Below are positions 58,877-64,000 of a DNA stretch of 64,000 nucleotides, one piece after another (the stretch's first letter is position 1; every line of letters starts with the position of its first letter). A program made the translations under genes and the position numbers. The notes under the pieces are model-generated. The model was not told the DNA's origin, searched no databases, and worked only from the letters and a program-made list of their open reading frames with translations. Source of the DNA: an uncultured virus (IMG/VR IMGVR_UViG_3300031134_000641) (lineage: Duplodnaviria > Heunggongvirae > Uroviricota > Caudoviricetes); the IMG/VR virus record IMGVR_UViG_3300031134_000641; one strand, 5' to 3'.

Positions 58877-60064
58877 ATGACTTACAATATTGCTTTCTTT
58901 GCAGACTCCCATGTTGGCTACCGTGCTAAGGTCGGTAACAACGAAAAAGGTATCAACATCCGTGTTCAGGATGGCTATGATGCTTTTAGGGAAACCCTAG
59001 ATCAGATAGTCAAAAGTGATATCAAGATTGACGCTGTAGTTCACGGTGGAGACCTCTTCCACGAGAGCAAACCAACAATGCGTGATATCACGACAGTGCA
59101 ACATTACCTTCGTTTGTTAGCTAAAAGAGGTATTCCCTTCTACGGTCTAGCTGGTAACCACGACGCCACCGACATTCGTGCCGAGATAGCCGCTGTAGCG
59201 CCCGTTAACGACCCGGACAAGGGTATCTTCGCTCTGTATGAGCCTTATGCTAAATACGAGCTTACAGACGGTCTGGTGCTCCATTCAGTATCACACCACG
59301 GACTGGCTAACGGTGATGCTCCAAAAATTGAAGCATCAAGCGATGTAGTTAACATCTTTACCACCCATGGAGCAGCACTTGACCCTAAGAATCAGGAGCT
59401 AATGCACTGTGAGGGTTCACCACGTGAACAGATGATTCCTGTTGACCTGATCTTAGATGACACTTTTGCTGTCAAACTTCTAGGTCACTATCACAGCCGC
59501 TACGCTGTTGGTGGTGAAATCTTGAACACATGGTATTCAGGGTCAGCGGTACGCCGTGGATTCTCTGACTCACCAGGAGCGCGAGGGTGGCTTCTAGTTC
59601 AGGTCGAAGAGAACGGTGAGGTGACAGTCTCACCACGCAACATTAAACAGCGTCCACAGTATGACTTAGATATCATTGATGCTGAAGGTATGAACTCAAA
59701 TGATGTTATGGACCTTCTAGAGTTGAACATGAATCGTACAAAAGAGGCTGAGAAAGCTCCTATTGTGCGCCAGAAGATAATTAACGCACCACGTAGTGTA
59801 CGTGAAGGAATGGATAGGCTCAAAATTGGTGAGCTATCAGAACACATGCTGGACTGGAACCTTAAGATAACAAGCCCTGAGGTAACTAAAACAACATCTA
59901 GCAAGCGGGACCTCACACTCAAAAAAGGCTCAATCAATATTATTGACCACTACAAGGAGTGGGCTAAAGCCGAAGCTGCTAACGTTCCTGAAGAGTTCCG
60001 TGAGGCTGTTCTCCATGATGTTGAAAAGTATCTCAAAACAGCCCGCGAAATCCACGAACACTAA
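58877..60064 (+). CDS. sbcD: SbcD/Mre11 nuclease
   Basis: DSHVG, GDLFH, GNHD, LGHYH, YSGS metallophosphoesterase motifs. Confidence 0.9.
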   Translation: MTYNIAFFADSHVGYRAKVGNNEKGINIRVQDGYDAFRETLDQIVKSDIKIDAVVHGGDLFHESKPTMRDITTVQHYLRLLAKRGIPFYGLAGNHDATDIRAEIAAVAPVNDPDKGIFALYEPYAKYELTDGLVLHSVSHHGLANGDAPKIEASSDVVNIFTTHGAALDPKNQELMHCEGSPREQMIPVDLILDDTFAVKLLGHYHSRYAVGGEILNTWYSGSAVRRGFSDSPGARGWLLVQVEENGEVTVSPRNIKQRPQYDLDIIDAEGMNSNDVMDLLELNMNRTKEAEKAPIVRQKIINAPRSVREGMDRLKIGELSEHMLDWNLKITSPEVTKTTSSKRDLTLKKGSINIIDHYKEWAKAEAANVPEEFREAVLHDVEKYLKTAREIHEH

Positions 60065-60115
60065 ACCCAGTTTTTACTGAGCTAAACTAGAAAGTCATAG
60101 TAGAATATATAAACA

Positions 60116-62365
60116 ATGATTAAACTGCAATCAATTAGAATCAGAAACTTTCGTGCAATCGCTGATGTTACCTTCAAGCCGCTAACAGAAGGTATTACAG
60201 GTATTTCCGGAAGCAACGGTGCCGGTAAAACAAGCTTCCTTTCAGCTACAATGTTTGCATTGTTCGGGGAAAAGCCACCTGAGGCCTCAGTCGCGTCCTT
60301 GCGCCGTACAGGGTCAACAGGCGAGTGCTCTGTTTCTGTTGTGTTTACACACCTTAAGCAGACTGTTGAGGTTGTGCGTGAGATTAAAGGTAAGTCAAAC
60401 ACAATTCTTGTTGACATTTATGTTGACGGTGTGCCTGAGACTGTTACAAGTGTGGGTGCAGCTAACCTTTGGATATCACAAAGGCTTGGTGTGGATGCAG
60501 CCGGGTTCTTAACTGCTTTTGTTATCCGCCAGAAAGAGCTTGACCAATTGATTACTGCCCGCCCAGCTGAGCGCAAAAGAATTATTGAGCGTCTAGCTGG
60601 TATTGACACAATCAACCACGCTCTTAAGGCTGCTCGTGATGATGAGAACAACGCTAAGAAAATTCTTGGAAACCTTCCTGGCTCTGAAAGCAACGTGGAA
60701 GAATCAGAAGAACAGCTTAATATGCTTGCTGACAAAATGGTTCAGCTGGAAGCAAACTGGGAAAGCGAACAGAAGCAGCAGAGAGAGCTAACCGCCAAAC
60801 AGCGTGAGTTACAGTCTTCTGTAGACACCATGCGCGATATAGAGTTCTCTGTTTCACGCAAGGAGTCTGAGCTTAGTAACTTAGTGAACGAGGTCTCTAA
60901 CTTAGAAAGCCGAAACGAGAAGCTTGCCTACTTGGACCAGGTGTCAGATATCGGGGATATCCAGTCTCTAAGAGACCGTCATCTTGAGGTAACAAGAAGT
61001 CTCAACGAGAAATCTCAGAACCTTGCTTCATACAAAGTAAAGCAAGACAACACTAAGAACACTTTGATCCGTATTCAGAAAGAGCTTCTGTCACAGACAA
61101 CAGCCCTTAGTATGCTTACTGTGCCCTCAGAGAGCCTAGAAACTTTGAGGACAAAGCTTGAGGATAACTCTGGAGCAGAATCAGGCATCATAACACGTCA
61201 GAGCGTGCTACGTAGCAAAATAGCTGATTTAGAAGCCTCAATTTCTGTCTTAGAGCATTCAACTGACTGCCCCACATGTCATACAGAGTTGGCTGACCCT
61301 GCTGGCCTTGTTGGCAGATTCCAGGATGAAGCTAGAACGCACCGTGAGGATATCTCCAAGCTTGAAGAGGAACGTCAGCAGCTAATCGTTGACAGTCAAA
61401 GTACCCAATCTCTCATCGCGGCTTCTCAAGAATACGAAAGAATTTCAGAGAGCATCAAGTCATTGAACTCTGAAGTTGACTCTCTCCAAAAAGAGGATGA
61501 TAGCAGCATTATTGAGAAACTTGAAAGCGAAGTTGAAGCTTTAGAGGCAGACAAAACAACTATCACTGAGCTTGGTTTTAAAGCTAAGTCTCTCAACGAA
61601 GATACCGTTGAGCGCAACTCAAATATTGCTAGGTTGAGAGAGATAGCTCAGCTGTCTTCCACACTCGAAAATGAGATCTCTGGCCTCAAGAAAAACTTCT
61701 CAGCTGACAGGTTAAGCAAGTTACGTATTGAGTTAGTCAAAGTGCAGCAAGCTTCAGATGCTAAAGCGCCGCTGATTGAGTCGTTGTCCAATGACAGGTC
61801 TGCTACCAATAGCAAGCTGGCTATGTCCAAAACAAACTATAAGAACGCTAAAGACCAGTGGGACAGGAAGAAAGACCTTATGCATCAGCAGCAGCGTCTA
61901 GCTTTGACCACTGACATGATTGATAAATACCGTTCCAACACAATCTCTTCTTTGGCTCCTAGCTTGTCTGAGTACGCCACCTCGCTAATTAGTGAGATAA
62001 CAAACGGGGAGTTCACTGAAGTTCTGTTGGATGATGAGTTCAATGCAAGCGTTGTTGACTCTACAGGTAACACCCGACCTGTGTCCTGGCTGTCTGGTGG
62101 AGAAGTATCAGCTGTAGCACTATCAATGCGTATTGCTATTGGTCTTCTTATCACAGATGGAAACCCTGAGTTGCTTTGGATGGATGAGGTTCTTACAGCA
62201 CAGGACGTCGACCGTAGGACAGCTATGCTTTCAATGATTCGCGGGCTTCCTATTGACCAGATCATTATGATTAACCACACTCATGAGGCAGCGGACATTG
62301 TTGACAAGACTATTTCTCTAAACATTGACCGAATTAACGGGTCTTACATCTCTGAAGATGAGTAA
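60116..62365 (+). CDS. sbcC: SbcC/Rad50 SMC-like ATPase
   Basis: GSNGAGKT, coiled coil with CPTC hook, LSGGE, MDEV. Confidence 0.92.
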   Translation: MIKLQSIRIRNFRAIADVTFKPLTEGITGISGSNGAGKTSFLSATMFALFGEKPPEASVASLRRTGSTGECSVSVVFTHLKQTVEVVREIKGKSNTILVDIYVDGVPETVTSVGAANLWISQRLGVDAAGFLTAFVIRQKELDQLITARPAERKRIIERLAGIDTINHALKAARDDENNAKKILGNLPGSESNVEESEEQLNMLADKMVQLEANWESEQKQQRELTAKQRELQSSVDTMRDIEFSVSRKESELSNLVNEVSNLESRNEKLAYLDQVSDIGDIQSLRDRHLEVTRSLNEKSQNLASYKVKQDNTKNTLIRIQKELLSQTTALSMLTVPSESLETLRTKLEDNSGAESGIITRQSVLRSKIADLEASISVLEHSTDCPTCHTELADPAGLVGRFQDEARTHREDISKLEEERQQLIVDSQSTQSLIAASQEYERISESIKSLNSEVDSLQKEDDSSIIEKLESEVEALEADKTTITELGFKAKSLNEDTVERNSNIARLREIAQLSSTLENEISGLKKNFSADRLSKLRIELVKVQQASDAKAPLIESLSNDRSATNSKLAMSKTNYKNAKDQWDRKKDLMHQQQRLALTTDMIDKYRSNTISSLAPSLSEYATSLISEITNGEFTEVLLDDEFNASVVDSTGNTRPVSWLSGGEVSAVALSMRIAIGLLITDGNPELLWMDEVLTAQDVDRRTAMLSMIRGLPIDQIIMINHTHEAADIVDKTISLNIDRINGSYISEDE

Positions 62366-62389
62366 AGTTTAAAAAGTCTGAGCCGATAG
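62363..62389 (+). promoter_or_regulatory. Full sigma-28 consensus promoter
   Basis: TAAAGTTT-N11-GCCGATAG. Confidence 0.8.
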
Positions 62390-62418
62390 ATTTTTCAAAG
62401 ACCTAAAGGATTTGAAAA

Positions 62419-63429
62419 ATGAGCGAACCACAGAACCATGATGAATGGGTTAACGACTACAGCGACGAGTACAACCAGGACACTGACGGTGAAGCCGGAT
62501 TTGCCTCTGGTGAGGTAATTGTTCTTGATGTTGACAATGCTCCTGCTTTTGCATCAAACGATGAGTCTGAGCACATCACTGTAGTCCAGGTAGACCCTAA
62601 CACTGGTCAAGAAGTTATTGAAACAATTGACCTTTCCTTGCCTCCCCTCACTGTTGAGCAGTCAAAGGATATTACTGAGAGAATTCGTACGACAACCAAC
62701 GTTCTTTACCTGCTTATCAAGCGCGCTCACGCTGGAAAAGCTCACAAAGCACTAGGTTATGACAACTTTGAGGCATATGTGAATGCAGAGTTCAACATGT
62801 CACGTTCATACGCATACAAGCTTCTCAACCAGGCTAACATCATTGCTGCCATTGAAGAGAAAGCTCCTGAGGGAACTCAGATTCATGTTGGAGATGCAAC
62901 TGCTCGTAGCCTGAAGAAAGTTCTTCCTGAGCTTCTTTCTGAAGTTGAAGAAAAAACAGCTGGTCTTAGCGCCGACGAAGCTGGTGACGTTATTGAAGAC
63001 GTTATCAACAACATGCGTGAGCAGAAACGTCAGGCTGACGAGGATGCATTAGATGACGAGGATGGCGATGAGCCACGTCAGTTTGACGGTCCTTACACTG
63101 GCGAATACAACGGTGCAAGCTATGATGATGACGATGATGAAGATGACGACGAAGTTGACGAGTTCCTTGACGGTGACCCAGGCGAGGCACGCAGGAAGTT
63201 TGATAAGCTCTACAACCTTTACTCTGGTCTAAAAACCATTTCAATCGTTGATGACCCTAGTGAACTGTTGGACTTCATTCCTACAGACCGTAAAGAAGAA
63301 ATTCGCGGTCTTCTTGATACAGCAATTCCACTACTCAATGCTTTCAATGAGCAGTGGAATGCATATGAAGCTGCTAACCCAACAACTTCTGATGATGAAT
63401 CTTTTGCTGAAGACGATTCTGACGAATAA
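62419..63429 (+). CDS. Acidic protein with central HTH-like domain
   Basis: LGYDNFEAYVNAEFNMSRSYAYKLL motif of mobile-element proteins; D/E-rich flanks. Confidence 0.75.
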   Translation: MSEPQNHDEWVNDYSDEYNQDTDGEAGFASGEVIVLDVDNAPAFASNDESEHITVVQVDPNTGQEVIETIDLSLPPLTVEQSKDITERIRTTTNVLYLLIKRAHAGKAHKALGYDNFEAYVNAEFNMSRSYAYKLLNQANIIAAIEEKAPEGTQIHVGDATARSLKKVLPELLSEVEEKTAGLSADEAGDVIEDVINNMREQKRQADEDALDDEDGDEPRQFDGPYTGEYNGASYDDDDDEDDDEVDEFLDGDPGEARRKFDKLYNLYSGLKTISIVDDPSELLDFIPTDRKEEIRGLLDTAIPLLNAFNEQWNAYEAANPTTSDDESFAEDDSDE

Positions 63430-63497
63430 ACACAAGAAAAAAAGATACAACCGATATATATACTGTAACGTCCCCCAATCATAAGGAAAAAAGGAAA

Positions 63498-63755
63498 ATG
63501 AAAGATATGCTTCTTAAGGCTTCCGTTAACGCAAGCCTCGCAAAAGACCGTGTTGCTGATAAGTTAGGCCGCGCTGCTCGCGGCGAGAGCGGTGACGTTG
63601 TTCAGGTTATCCTGATCATCGCATTGTTCGTTGTTATCGTTCTAGTAGTAGGACGTATCCTTACTTCAACCATTACTACTCAGGCAAACAACGTTGGTAA
63701 CTGTATCTCTACTTCCAACGCATCTAGCTCTGCTGCATGTAAGAACTTCAAGTAA
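63498..63755 (+). CDS. Flp/Tad-like small pilin
   Basis: 85 aa, RGESG then hydrophobic helix; AAGGA SD; CCGATA at 63451-63456. Confidence 0.6.
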   Translation: MKDMLLKASVNASLAKDRVADKLGRAARGESGDVVQVILIIALFVVIVLVVGRILTSTITTQANNVGNCISTSNASSSAACKNFK

Positions 63756-63757
63756 AA

Positions 63758-64000
63758 TTAACTTGCTAGTACCAAACCAGCTATGAAAGTTATAGCTAGG
63801 ACGGGAAGGAAAGGCGTTGCTCGCCTTTCCTTCCCTTTTGGGTTTAACCAAGACTTTTTCTGTGGACGCATTTCGCCCCAATTGAAGATTCTACCTAACA
63901 CTAGTGAGCAGACCAGCTGTAATGCAGCCGCTGCGCCAAAAATGTAAACAAAGCTGTTTATGCCCATCCACCAGCTTGCTCCCCAACCTGCGATGTAGAG
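63758..64000 (-). CDS. C-terminal part of probable prepilin peptidase (A24), partial
   Basis: Frame open to window edge (LYIAGWGASWWMGIN..); ends TPFLPVL like the PFxPxL motif; next to a pilin; catalytic Asp residues lie outside the window. Confidence 0.5.
   Translation of the reverse strand, partial: LYIAGWGASWWMGINSFVYIFGAAAALQLVCSLVLGRIFNWGEMRPQKKSWLNPKGKERRATPFLPVLAITFIAGLVLAS

Noticed and set aside
1..64000. CRISPR array, rRNA, tRNA
   Set aside because: No regularly spaced 25-45-bp direct repeats or recognisable rRNA/tRNA seen by eye; tRNAscan not run
1..64000. Ordinary bacterial (including CPR) chromosome, or a definite phage
   Set aside because: No core translation or metabolic operons and no virion hallmark genes in this window; neither can be formally excluded without the full contig

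Overview
Gene-dense window with no rRNA, tRNA or ribosomal-protein genes and no recognisable capsid, terminase or portal. It is best read as part of a very large actinobacterial extrachromosomal element (megaplasmid or jumbo-phage-like). Host assignment is an inference from actinobacterial-style DnaE and PncB sequences and pervasive leaderless extended -10 promoters. It encodes replication/repair genes (DnaE, RecG, SbcCD, DnaC-like ATPase, SUV3-like helicase, dCMP deaminase-like), a nadE/nadD-like/pncB NAD salvage cluster, a Ter-type vWA/TerD/ATP-grasp module, RNA ligase-like and TrmH enzymes, an ADP-ribosyltransferase, type IV/Flp pilin-like genes with a probable prepilin peptidase, and two expanded paralog families. 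Main discoveries from raw sequence: (1) an element-encoded FliA/WhiG sigma factor with about 20 (G/A)CCGATA boxes just upstream of genes, including its own gene and the pilins; (2) a shared CT-N7-AG palindrome (NrtR-box-like) before nadE and pncB; (3) short N-terminal Cys/His tags on unrelated cargo proteins including the ART; (4) a 10-copy membrane-protein gene accordion whose [IV]xGG[KRH][IV] N-terminal motif recurs in unannotated micro-proteins. All product calls are motif-based by eye; no database search was run.
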